DNA of 64,000 nucleotides from Candidatus Omnitrophota bacterium (GCA_043815185.1 JBDRJF010000005.1:3407-67406); one strand, 5' to 3'. Positions 49,729 through 58,049 are shown, counted from the first letter of the stretch. Notes: generated by a model not told the origin, from the sequence alone. Translations and numbers: made by a program.

Positions 49729-50514
49729 TTAGGTTTTAGACTTTAATATCTTAGCCAGCAGTTTATTCACTTCTTGAGGGTTTTTTAAGAAGTATCTGGC
49801 CCGGGAACCTTGTTTTCGGCCTACTCTTATCCCAAAATCAGAGCAGCCCAAGTTTTTGAAGACATCCTCATCAGTTAAATCATCGCCGATAAAAATAGTT
49901 AATTCGTCTTTTTGTTTCTTCAGCCGTTTCTGGAGGAAATTGACGGCATCGAACTTATTGATGGCAATATTAGGTCTTATTTCCAAGACTTTCTTACCAG
50001 CACTTAGCTTCAGCTTCCTGTTGCCTAAATAAGCAGCGGTAACCCGCCGAAAAATTAATTTTACTCTGGCTAAACCCTTGGTTACCTTGCGGTAATGGAC
50101 AGCAAAAATAACCCCTTTATCTTCAAAGACTACTCCTTTAATGCCTTTTAAGGCTTTCCTTAACTCCTTCTTGGCTAAAATTAAAGTTAATCGACACTGC
50201 TTAATTAGTGCTTCTTTAACTAAAATCTTTTTTCCTTTAAACAAAATTTCCAAACCATGGTTTCCGGCATAAAATATATTATTTACCCCCACCCTTTTCT
50301 TAACATCGGATAAACTTCTTCCGCTAATAATACCTAAAACTACTTTTTCCTGCCGGGTAAGTTCTCTAAGCAGTCTTCTGGTATATCGAGTAAGCTTGGC
50401 CTTCCCCGGATCTCTCACTATCGCTGCCAGCGTACCGTCATAATCCAAGAAGAGAAAAAGCCTCTTCTTGTTTTTCAGTACCTTAGTTATTTCTTGATTA
50501 AAAATATATCTCAC
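49729..50514 (-). CDS. otsB: Trehalose-6-phosphate phosphatase
   Basis: 261 aa HAD family. LFLDYDGTL, SGRS, GDDLTDED. GTG start overlapping the otsA stop (GTGA). Confidence 0.8.
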   Translation of the reverse strand: MRYIFNQEITKVLKNKKRLFLFLDYDGTLAAIVRDPGKAKLTRYTRRLLRELTRQEKVVLGIISGRSLSDVKKRVGVNNIFYAGNHGLEILFKGKKILVKEALIKQCRLTLILAKKELRKALKGIKGVVFEDKGVIFAVHYRKVTKGLARVKLIFRRVTAAYLGNRKLKLSAGKKVLEIRPNIAINKFDAVNFLQKRLKKQKDELTIFIGDDLTDEDVFKNLGCSDFGIRVGRKQGSRARYFLKNPQEVNKLLAKILKSKT

Positions 50515-51983
50515 TCTTCCTGGGGGATATCAGAAATTACCTTGCCAATCCAGCTCCAAATATCATTACGCTGGACATTCTGCCGTAGTTTCCTCATTAT
50601 TTTTTTCTTTTGGTCCTCATTCATGGTAAGGGTTTTATAAATAGCCGCACTTACTTCCTCAGGATGGTAGGGGTTAATCGATATAGCATCGGTCAACTCT
50701 CTGCTGGCTCCGGTGAAACGGCTTAAGATTAGTGCTCCTTTTTCTCTTGTATTAGCTGAGATAAATTCTTTAGCCACAAGGTTCATCCCATCATGTAAAG
50801 AACTAACCACGCAAATATCAGCTATTTTGTAAAAAGCCAAGACTTCTTTAAAAGTAAGATGTCTCCTTAAGAAAATTATTGGTTTCCAAAGTTTCTGAGA
50901 ATGTTTAAAATTTACCTCCTCTACCCGGGCATTGACCCTCTCATTAAGTTGCTTATATTGGAGAATATGGATGCGGGAAATTTCACCCATCTGAATAAAA
51001 ATTATCTTTTCTTTTAGCTCCGGATGGGTATCTAAGAGCTTATCGATTGCATTTATTCTTTCTACAATACCTTTGGTATAATCTATCCGGTCTAAGCCAA
51101 TTATTACTTTATAGCCTTCTAGGTCAAATTCCTCTCTAAGTAATTGGGCTAAGTTTTCCACCTCAGTATCATCGGAAGTCTTACTTATACCTTTAAAATC
51201 AACACTTATCGGGTAGTCCCTTACTAAAGAGGTGTGTTTTTGATGTACGATTAATTGTTTTTCATTGTCGATCTTAGCCTCAACTTCATTAGCTACGGCA
51301 TCGAAGAAATTATTGCAGAAGTATCTTATCTGAAATCCTAAAAGATCGTAAGAGAGTATCCCTTCTAACAACTCCTGACGCTGAGGCAGAATTCGAAAAA
51401 CATCATAGGTAGGCCAAGGAATGTGCCAGAAAAGAAGGGTAACTACCTGAGGATTCATCTCTTTTAAATAATTACTGACTAAAGCCAGGTGGTAATCCTG
51501 TACAAAAACAATTGCTTTCTTATCCTTTATCTCTTTACTGATATTTTGAGCAAACTTCTTATTTACCTGTTTATAAATTTTCCAATCTTCATTCTTAAAC
51601 TCCGGCTTCATGAAAACTAAGTGCGAAAGCGGCCAAAGCCCCTGATTAGAGTATCCAAAGTAATAACCTAAATTTTCGGCCTTACTTAACCAGACATATT
51701 TTAGCTCATAAGACGGATTATCCGGCGGAACCTTTATTTTCGAGTTCTTTACCACCAACCGATCAGCATCACCGCTGCCACAGCAAACCCACAGCCCGCC
51801 CAGCTCCTGCATAATCGGGTCTAAGGCCGTAACTACCCCGCCGGGACCGCGAGTGCACTCAATTTTTCCCCGGGACAACTTATGGATATAGGGCTGGCGG
51901 TTGGAGGCTACTACAAAGGCATAGTCAGAAAGCTTACCCTTTACTAGTTCTAAAACTGATTTCTTATCCCAAACTTTTAGCAT
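50511..51983 (-). CDS. otsA: Alpha,alpha-trehalose-phosphate synthase
   Basis: 490 aa GT20. VASNRQPY, NQGLWPLSH, VQDYHL, SLHDGMNLVAKEF, LILSRFTGA. Confidence 0.9.
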   Translation of the reverse strand: MLKVWDKKSVLELVKGKLSDYAFVVASNRQPYIHKLSRGKIECTRGPGGVVTALDPIMQELGGLWVCCGSGDADRLVVKNSKIKVPPDNPSYELKYVWLSKAENLGYYFGYSNQGLWPLSHLVFMKPEFKNEDWKIYKQVNKKFAQNISKEIKDKKAIVFVQDYHLALVSNYLKEMNPQVVTLLFWHIPWPTYDVFRILPQRQELLEGILSYDLLGFQIRYFCNNFFDAVANEVEAKIDNEKQLIVHQKHTSLVRDYPISVDFKGISKTSDDTEVENLAQLLREEFDLEGYKVIIGLDRIDYTKGIVERINAIDKLLDTHPELKEKIIFIQMGEISRIHILQYKQLNERVNARVEEVNFKHSQKLWKPIIFLRRHLTFKEVLAFYKIADICVVSSLHDGMNLVAKEFISANTREKGALILSRFTGASRELTDAISINPYHPEEVSAAIYKTLTMNEDQKKKIMRKLRQNVQRNDIWSWIGKVISDIPQEE

Positions 51984-52023
51984 TTAACGGTTTTTGGTTT
52001 AAGGACTCTTTTGTCGAGTTTTA

Positions 52024-52034
52024 ATTATAGCACA
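52024..52034 (-). promoter_or_regulatory. Extended -10 promoter element TGTGCTATAAT upstream of otsA
   Basis: Minus strand reads TTTTGTGCTATAATTAAA, 41 nt upstream of the otsA ATG. The same motif recurs at 52497-52507. Confidence 0.5.
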
Positions 52035-52081
52035 AAAGAATTCCAGCCCCAAGCCAAAATTAGCGGCATTAATCAATGACT

Positions 52082-52441
52082 TTAGAGGAATTTTAAGATA
52101 CTTAGGCCGATAACAATATAAATTGCACCACCTAAACGATACAGCCCCAAGGACATTCGAGAAGATAAGCCGATCAGTTTCTTAGCTCCTTGGTTGCTTA
52201 AGAAGATAAATCCCTTAAACATTCCTAAAATCCCTACAACCATCAGTAGTTTTGACAATAGGCCCTGGGCCTTAAAAGCGGTTACAATCAAGGTACCGGA
52301 TAGAATAATCGTCAGTAAAAATAAGCTTCGTTTTAACTTTTTGATGCTCTTGGTTTGCAGTTTCTTTTTCAAGATCTGCGGCTTAACCAAGACCAGAATA
52401 CCGAAGATAACCCAGATAAACCCGATGATTTTAGCTAACAT
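52082..52441 (-). CDS. Small membrane protein of unknown function (4 predicted TM helices)
   Basis: 119 aa, hydrophobic, Lys-rich loops, ATG start. Bracketed by two copies of the TGTGCTATAAT promoter motif. Confidence 0.5.
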   Translation of the reverse strand: MLAKIIGFIWVIFGILVLVKPQILKKKLQTKSIKKLKRSLFLLTIILSGTLIVTAFKAQGLLSKLLMVVGILGMFKGFIFLSNQGAKKLIGLSSRMSLGLYRLGGAIYIVIGLSILKFL

Positions 52442-52496
52442 ACCCCACCTCCTGGAATTTCCCCGCTTCCGGCGGGGCCAAACTTAACTATTTAAT

Positions 52497-52507
52497 TATT
52501 ATAGCAC
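52497..52507 (-). promoter_or_regulatory. Extended -10 promoter element TGTGCTATAAT upstream of the small membrane-protein gene
   Basis: Minus strand reads TTTTGTGCTATAATAATTAAA, 56 nt upstream of the ATG at 52441. A hairpin ccccgc-ttccg-gcgggg (52460-52476) lies in the leader. Confidence 0.5.
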
Positions 52508-52570
52508 AAAAATTCAATTTTGGGGAAAGCAAACAAGAAGCCAATTAAGGAGGCCGGACCTATAATTTTC

Positions 52571-53218
52571 TTAGGTTTCCTCTTTTAATAAGAGGACGTG
52601 GATATTTGAAGCCAGGTCCTGATCCACAGCAAAAGAGGAATTGTCCATCTCAAAGACAAAGGAAGGAAAACGATGAAGCAACTTTATCTTATTTCCGGGA
52701 AGAATACCCATCGAGATTAGTTTCTTTAAGATTTCACTATCGTGAGTATTTATATAGCTTATCTTCCCGCTATCGCCAGCAGCCATATTGTGCAAGGTAA
52801 CAATTAATCTTTTGGGAGTCTTCTCAAAACTCCGGCAGCAAGAACCACTAGGTATATTTTTGCCATGAGGACAAATTTTAGGGTGTCCGAGGAGAGTGCA
52901 GACATTATCTTCTAAGCCATAGTGAAGTCCGTGCTCAAGCTTACAGCTTGCCTCATGCATTAAAGGATCCCTTACATCCAATACATCAGCAACAAGCCTT
53001 TCAGCTAAACGATGCCGGCGCACACAGCCTCTAGCTTCTTTTAACCCTTCTTTAGTAAAGAAATCCTTCTTATTTATGTCAATTAACCCCATCTCTACTA
53101 ATTCCTTAAAGGCCGGCTCATCCTTTAAGACCCTGGTACTAGGTCTTTCCTTTTTCTCTTCAATCTCAATCCATAGCGATTCTAAGATCTCTTCTTGAGC
53201 ATCTGATAATTTATACAT
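52571..53218 (-). CDS. DtxR/MntR-family metal-dependent regulator with a FeoA/SH3-like C-terminal domain
   Basis: 215 aa. Winged HTH, RHRLAERLVADVL, a metal-site His/Cys/Glu cluster (HEASCKLEHGLH, CPHG...CC), and C-terminal GDSGKISYI...GILPGNKIKLL. Confidence 0.75.
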   Translation of the reverse strand: MYKLSDAQEEILESLWIEIEEKKERPSTRVLKDEPAFKELVEMGLIDINKKDFFTKEGLKEARGCVRRHRLAERLVADVLDVRDPLMHEASCKLEHGLHYGLEDNVCTLLGHPKICPHGKNIPSGSCCRSFEKTPKRLIVTLHNMAAGDSGKISYINTHDSEILKKLISMGILPGNKIKLLHRFPSFVFEMDNSSFAVDQDLASNIHVLLLKEET

Positions 53219-53358
53219 TTTAATTCACCTCCATGAGACTTGCGCTTTTGCAAGTTATTCACGAAGCAAAAGTGCATAGTCGAATTGATCCCGAAGTCGC
53301 GCTGGGTAAATATCGAAGAGATTTACCCAGCATCCATTGCGACGAGGGACATTCATTA
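53219..53358 (-). other. Highly structured 140-nt feoB-dtxR spacer (possible regulatory RNA or processing element)
   Basis: Hairpin 1 (53290-53348): core gctgggtaaat/atttacccagc 11 bp, extended by gtcgc/gcgac and ccc..ggg. Hairpin 2 (53242-53275): gcgcttttgc/gcaaaagtgc. Hairpin 2 competes with the alternative acttgc/gcaagt (53238-53255) next to the GGAGGTG RBS. Confidence 0.45.
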
Positions 53359-55320
53359 TTACATCCCAAAAGTTATCAACATTTTATTTAAAATAAATCC
53401 TATTGAAAAGGAAAAAAATAAGATAAATACTGCTATACCTAAAGCAAATTTAATGCCCCTTTCTTTTATATTCATTAAGAACTGGGCAATGCAAGGCAGA
53501 AAAAGAGTCAGAACTATGGCGGCAACGATTATTTCCCGGCCTGAAAGCAGCCCTTGCTTTTCCAAATCATAAAGGCCGGCAGCACCATAGTCCCTTCTGA
53601 AAAAACCGAATAAGAAAATTTTAGCCATCTCCAGGGGTAAGCCGATAAGTTTTACCGGATAAGCTAATATTGCAATTATGCTGTCAAAAACTTTAGTAAT
53701 TTTACCAAGCCAAATTAATACACTAGCCCAGATAAATATCGGCAATACTTCTTGAAAATACCATTTTAACCTGGTGTAGGTCTTGATGAAAATATTGCTT
53801 ATCCGGGGCATACGCAAAGGAGGAAGCTCAATGTGAAACGAGGGGCGTTTTCCTTTTAAAACCTTATTAAGAAAGAAGCCGGTAGTTGCAAACACTGCTG
53901 AAATAACTAAAAACCAGAGAGCTAAGGCCCAGGGCCGTTTTGAAAGTACAGCCATTATAACCCCTAACTGGGCCGAACAAGGAACACTCAATGAGAGTAG
54001 GAAAGTGGCAATGATTCTTTCTCTTTTAGTCGGCAGAATTCTCGTAACCATGGTAGCCATAGTATCGCAGCCTAGGCCCAAGACAACCGGGATAACAGCT
54101 CTTCCGCTTAAGCCAATCTTTTTAAATACTCGATCCAGCATAGCTCCTATCCGCGGCAGGTAACCGGTATCTTCAGCAAAACTAAATACAAAAAAGAATA
54201 TTCCCACAATCGGAAGAACAATGGCAATAGCATAACGAAGGCCTAGGGTAATTATCCCGTATTCTCCGACAAAAAGCGATTTAATCCACTCAAAACGGAT
54301 GAATTTATCGAAAACAGAGGTAAAAAAAGGGTTGATATGGGCTCCAAATACCTTGGTCTCTAAAAAATCTACACAGACTCCGGCGCCAAACTCTCCAACT
54401 AATTTATAGATGCCAAAATAAAGAAAACAACCCAGCAAAGGTATCCCCACAACAGGCCTTAGGGTTAGATCTCCTAAAATAGGTGAGATATTCCTGGTTT
54501 TTCTCTCCTTCTCTTTTACCACGCTCCCGATAATTGTCTCAGCCTTTCTTCTTAAGGCTAAGTTAATTGAATACTCTATTGGCTGAGATAATTTTTCTTT
54601 AACCCCACTCCTTATCTTCTCTATCGCTTCTAAATTTTCCCGGCCTTCTTTTTCCTTCACTAGTTCATAAATTTCTCTATCCCCTTCTAACAATAGCAAA
54701 CTTAAAATATTCTTATCTAGAGGATAATCTTCTTTTAACTCTTTATTTACTCTTTTACTAGCTTCTTCGATAAGCGGAATATATTTAACTAGCGGCTCTT
54801 GCTTGGCAGGTAATGCCGATTCTTTTGAGCTTAAAGCTTCTGCTATCCTTTTCTTCAGTTCTCTTATTCCCTCACCCCTTACTGAAACTGTAGCAACAAC
54901 CGGAATCCCTAAAGTCTTCTCTAACTTCTCAATGTCAATAGATATACCAGCCTTGCTGGCCTCATCAATAATATTTAATACTAAGATAACCGGAAGATTA
55001 GCCTCAATAAGTTGTAAGGTCAAAGGCAGGGTTCTCTCTAGGTCTTTTGCAGCCCCAACATGGATAACCAGATCAGGGTTATCTTTAACCAAGATAAGCC
55101 GGGCAATTCTCTCCTCTTCAGTTAAGGGTAGAAAAGAATACATCCCGGGAGTATCTATTAACTGAGACTCCCTACCGCCGATATTTATCTTGGCTTGGAA
55201 AAGCTCAACCGTGGTCCCGGGGTAATTTGAAACCGTAGCATAACGGCCACTCAAATTATTGAAAATTGAAGATTTACCTACATTGGGTGAACCAACAATG
55301 GCAATTTTTGCTGGATTCAT
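53359..55320 (-). CDS. feoB: Ferrous iron transporter FeoB
   Basis: 653 aa. N-terminal G-domain IAIVGSPNVGKSSIFN, DTPG, NIID, and polytopic gate-motif membrane domains. Confidence 0.9.
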   Translation of the reverse strand: MNPAKIAIVGSPNVGKSSIFNNLSGRYATVSNYPGTTVELFQAKINIGGRESQLIDTPGMYSFLPLTEEERIARLILVKDNPDLVIHVGAAKDLERTLPLTLQLIEANLPVILVLNIIDEASKAGISIDIEKLEKTLGIPVVATVSVRGEGIRELKKRIAEALSSKESALPAKQEPLVKYIPLIEEASKRVNKELKEDYPLDKNILSLLLLEGDREIYELVKEKEGRENLEAIEKIRSGVKEKLSQPIEYSINLALRRKAETIIGSVVKEKERKTRNISPILGDLTLRPVVGIPLLGCFLYFGIYKLVGEFGAGVCVDFLETKVFGAHINPFFTSVFDKFIRFEWIKSLFVGEYGIITLGLRYAIAIVLPIVGIFFFVFSFAEDTGYLPRIGAMLDRVFKKIGLSGRAVIPVVLGLGCDTMATMVTRILPTKRERIIATFLLSLSVPCSAQLGVIMAVLSKRPWALALWFLVISAVFATTGFFLNKVLKGKRPSFHIELPPLRMPRISNIFIKTYTRLKWYFQEVLPIFIWASVLIWLGKITKVFDSIIAILAYPVKLIGLPLEMAKIFLFGFFRRDYGAAGLYDLEKQGLLSGREIIVAAIVLTLFLPCIAQFLMNIKERGIKFALGIAVFILFFSFSIGFILNKMLITFGM

Positions 55321-55327
55321 AAAATTA

Positions 55328-55774
55328 TTAAGTATGTTTGGCTTTAGCTAATTTTGTTTTGCACTCTTTGCATATTCCAAACAGCTGAAGCTTGTGGCTG
55401 GTGAGGGTAAAATTAAATTTCTTGCATAGAGCATCTTGTAACCTCTCTATTTCAGAGTCTACAGTTTCTATTAGCTTCAAACAGCTTTGGCAAATTAAAT
55501 GATCATGATGTTTATAGTCATATTCAAACCTGGCCCTTCTATCTCCTAAATTTATTTCTCTGGCTATGCCGGCCCCGGAAAGAAGCTTTAAGGTGCGAAA
55601 AACTGTTGCCTGGCCAATAGCCGGATTTTTCTTTTTCACAATTCCGTAGAGGTCCTCAACGCTAAGATGCTCTTTTGTCTCAAGGAATATTTTAAGAATT
55701 TGGCCTCTCTGCCCAGTAAATTTTAAGCCCTTTGCCTTCAGGAAATCATTGAATATTTGCTGCTCTTTTTGCAT
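55328..55774 (-). CDS. fur: Fur-family metalloregulator
   Basis: 148 aa. Winged HTH (ATVFRTLKLL), HHDHLIC, CxxC pairs (CQSC, CKEC). Confidence 0.85.
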   Translation of the reverse strand: MQKEQQIFNDFLKAKGLKFTGQRGQILKIFLETKEHLSVEDLYGIVKKKNPAIGQATVFRTLKLLSGAGIAREINLGDRRARFEYDYKHHDHLICQSCLKLIETVDSEIERLQDALCKKFNFTLTSHKLQLFGICKECKTKLAKAKHT

Positions 55775-55783
55775 ACACCACCT

Positions 55784-55810
55784 AATTGATATTGAAATTC
55801 AAAATCAATT
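55784..55810. promoter_or_regulatory. 27-bp AT-rich palindrome, candidate Fur-type operator of the fur-feoB operon
   Basis: AATTGATATTGAA-A-TTCAAAATCAATT: 13-nt arms with one mismatch. It ends 10 nt upstream of the fur ATG, next to the RBS AGGTGGTG. Confidence 0.5.
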
Positions 55811-55836
55811 ATAGTTAGAATCACGGTTCTGTCAAC

Positions 55837-57177
55837 CTATTTTCTTAAACTTTTAATAATCCGGTAGGTCTTATCTAAGGCCTCGATGATCTGGCTCTTT
55901 TTTATACATAGCGGTAGGAAAAAATAGACAATGCTGCCTAAGGGGCGCAAAATAAGCCCTTGTTGCAATCCCCTTTGGTAAACCTCTAGCCCTATCCTCT
56001 TCTTTAGGCCAAAAGGCTTTTTTGTCTGCTTATTCTTTACCAACTCTATTGCCCCAATCATACCTATATATCTTACATCACCGACTAAAGCGAGATCTCT
56101 AAAAGCTTCTAATTTTTTATGAAATACCGGAATAAGTTTATTGATTTTTTTTAGAGTATTCTCCTGCCTGTATAGCTTTAAACTGGCTAAAGCTGCGGCA
56201 CAGGAAATAGGATTAGCTGTATAGGTATGGCCGTGATAAAAAGTTTTTCGCTTCTGATAATCAGCGTAAAAAGCTTTATAGACTTTATTGGTAGTCAAGG
56301 TTACTCCCAGGGGAAGATATCCGGAAGTTATTCCCTTGGAAAGGCAGATAAAATCCGGCTTAACTCTCGCATATTCGCAGGCAAACATTTTTCCGGTCCG
56401 GCCAAAACCACTGGCTACTTCATCTAAGATTAAATGAATATTATATTTCTTAGCTAGCTGGGCAGCTTTCTTAAGATAAAGAGAGGGGTAAATAATCATC
56501 CCTCCGGCAGCCATAACCATTGGCTCTAAAATCAAAGCAGCAATCTCCTTACTTTTTTTCTTTAATCTAGCTTCTAAAGAGTTTACACACTCTATGTTAC
56601 AGGTAGATTTATCTTTTCCTGCCGGACACCGATAGCAATAAGGTGAAGGAGCTTTAAAGCTTTTAAAGAAAAGGGGTGAGAAGACTTTATTGAACAAGCC
56701 CACTCCGCTGACACTCATCGCTCCCAAAGTATCGCCATGATAAGCAGAATCCAGGGATAGGAATTTTGTCTTCTCCCTTTTTCCCCTATTCTGCCAATAT
56801 TGAAATGACATCTTCAATGCTACTTCAACTGCGGTTGAACCATTGTCAGAGAAGAAAACTTTAGTTAAATTATCAGGAGTAATTGCCACCAGCTGTTCTG
56901 CTAATTTAATCGCCGGCTTATGGGTAAAACCGGCAAATAAGACATGCTCAAAGGAATTTAGCTGCCTCTTAATAGCCTTATTTATCTCCGGGTGGTTATG
57001 GCCGTGGATATTGCACCACCAGCTGGATATAGGATCATAATAACAATTCCCCTGATCATCATAGAGCTTTATTCCCTTGGCTCTCTCGATTAGAATCGGA
57101 GGAAACTGCTCACAATCCTTCATCTGAGTATAAGGATGCCAAATATATTTCAGGTCTTTTTTAATCCAACTATCCAT
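55837..57177 (-). CDS. bioA: Adenosylmethionine-8-amino-7-oxononanoate aminotransferase
   Basis: 446 aa class-III aminotransferase. YHGDT, LILDEVASGFGRTG, LSKGITSGYLPL. Confidence 0.9.
   Translation of the reverse strand: MDSWIKKDLKYIWHPYTQMKDCEQFPPILIERAKGIKLYDDQGNCYYDPISSWWCNIHGHNHPEINKAIKRQLNSFEHVLFAGFTHKPAIKLAEQLVAITPDNLTKVFFSDNGSTAVEVALKMSFQYWQNRGKREKTKFLSLDSAYHGDTLGAMSVSGVGLFNKVFSPLFFKSFKAPSPYCYRCPAGKDKSTCNIECVNSLEARLKKKSKEIAALILEPMVMAAGGMIIYPSLYLKKAAQLAKKYNIHLILDEVASGFGRTGKMFACEYARVKPDFICLSKGITSGYLPLGVTLTTNKVYKAFYADYQKRKTFYHGHTYTANPISCAAALASLKLYRQENTLKKINKLIPVFHKKLEAFRDLALVGDVRYIGMIGAIELVKNKQTKKPFGLKKRIGLEVYQRGLQQGLILRPLGSIVYFFLPLCIKKSQIIEALDKTYRIIKSLRK
57145..57177. repeat. Direct repeat copy 1 (true bioA 5' end)
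   Basis: atatttcaggtcttttttaatccaactatccat matches 58007-58039 at 30 of 33 positions. Confidence 0.85.
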
Positions 57178-57269
57178 TTGCTGCTATTATAGACAAAAAA
57201 CCCCGCATTATCAAGACACCAAAACATCCTCCAAAAAGCTACCGAATTGAATATTAATAATAGCAAGAT

Positions 57270-57280
57270 TGTGTTATAAT
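57270..57280 (+). promoter_or_regulatory. Extended -10 element TGTGTTATAAT for the cassette genes (leaderless)
   Basis: TGTGTTATAAT at 57270-57280. The ATG of the small ORF at 57289 is 8 nt after the -10 box. No convincing -35. Confidence 0.4.
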
Positions 57281-57288
57281 TATTTAAT

Positions 57289-57465
57289 ATGAAAAGTGAC
57301 CAATTGCGAAAACACCATATAGCATCATTTACTAAATTGAGCATATATGATCGTCTATTCTGGGCTTTCTCCCAAAATAGATTTCTCTCCCAATTCATGA
57401 ATACCGAAGCAAAAGATATCAACAGAAATATCCGCAAACATGGCAAAAAATACTTCGGATCCTAA
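57289..57465 (+). CDS. Small 58-aa ORF upstream of and overlapping the nucleotidyltransferase gene (candidate antitoxin-like partner), not in ORF track
   Basis: Manual translation: MKSDQLRKHHIASFTKLSIYDRLFWAFSQNRFLSQFMNTEAKDINRNIRKHGKKYFGS*. 26-nt out-of-frame overlap with 57440-57934. No family recognised. Confidence 0.35.
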   Translation: MKSDQLRKHHIASFTKLSIYDRLFWAFSQNRFLSQFMNTEAKDINRNIRKHGKKYFGS

Positions 57466-57934
57466 AATTTGGTATAAAATAATCAATAAATTTAATGAAA
57501 CAAAATTAAATTATGTCTTAGTTGGCGGTGCCGCTTTAATCATCCATGGACTGCCACGGAGCACTTTAGATATTGATATTTATATTCCTGCCAAAGAAGA
57601 AGTCTTAAATAAACTTTTTAAAATTGCGGATTCTTTAGGGTTACAAACTGAACAAAAATCCATACTCGCAATTAGCCATTCACCAGAGTTATTTGTTAAC
57701 CAATGGATTTGCTTTTCCTATAAGGGGCAAGATATTTTAGATGTCTTCCTGTCCAGCGAAAAAGAATTCAATAAACTCTACACTAATTCGGAACAGAAAA
57801 AAGACAAAACCACTTCAGTCAGAGTAGCTTCTCTTAAAGACATTGAAATGATGAAAAAAAAGAGCGGCCGTCCTATAGATTTAGTCGACCTTAAATTTAT
57901 CAAAGAAACAAAGAAATACAAAAAACCTGATTAA
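57440..57934 (+). CDS. Nucleotidyltransferase-fold protein (minimal NTase, toxin-antitoxin-like family)
   Basis: 164 aa. NTase motif VLVGGAALIIHGLPRSTLDIDIYI (G[GS]...DxD). C-terminal VASLKDIEMMKKKSGRPIDLVDLKFI is typical of small NTase-fold proteins. Confidence 0.55.
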   Translation: MAKNTSDPKIWYKIINKFNETKLNYVLVGGAALIIHGLPRSTLDIDIYIPAKEEVLNKLFKIADSLGLQTEQKSILAISHSPELFVNQWICFSYKGQDILDVFLSSEKEFNKLYTNSEQKKDKTTSVRVASLKDIEMMKKKSGRPIDLVDLKFIKETKKYKKPD

Positions 57935-57988
57935 ATTCTAACAACTCATTTCACCTAACCCAAAAGCTGCGCTTTTGTGCCGGTGAAT

Positions 57989-58039
57989 TCAAATGTTAGA
58001 AATACGATATTTTAGGTCTTTTTTAATCCACTTATCCAT
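57989..58039 (-). pseudogene. bioA: Remnant of the bioA 5' end (16 codons then stop)
   Basis: Minus strand atggataagtggattaaaaaagacctaaaatat... = MDKWIKKDLKYRISNI*, compared with the true BioA N-terminus MDSWIKKDLKYIW. Lies 10 nt downstream of the bioD stop. Confidence 0.7.
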
Positions 58040-58049
58040 TCTTCAATTA

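Larger units (their letters stand above)
57178..58039 (+). mobile_element. ~860-bp inserted cassette between bioD and bioA (promoter, small ORF, nucleotidyltransferase-fold gene, hairpin, bioA 5' remnant)
   Basis: These are the only plus-strand genes inside the otherwise collinear minus-strand bio operon. Bounded by 33-nt imperfect direct repeats of the bioA start. Confidence 0.5.

Noticed and set aside
53240-53572. 110-aa plus-strand ORF across the feoB-dtxR spacer and the feoB 3' end
   Set aside because: It is antisense to the FeoB C-terminus. Its 5' part is the structured spacer, so the hairpins explain the open frame better than coding does.
57150-57446. 98-aa minus-strand ORF spanning the bioA start and the bioA-upstream spacer
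   Set aside because: It overlaps the bioA 5' end out of frame and runs antisense to the better-supported plus-strand small ORF and promoter. The translation is low-complexity.
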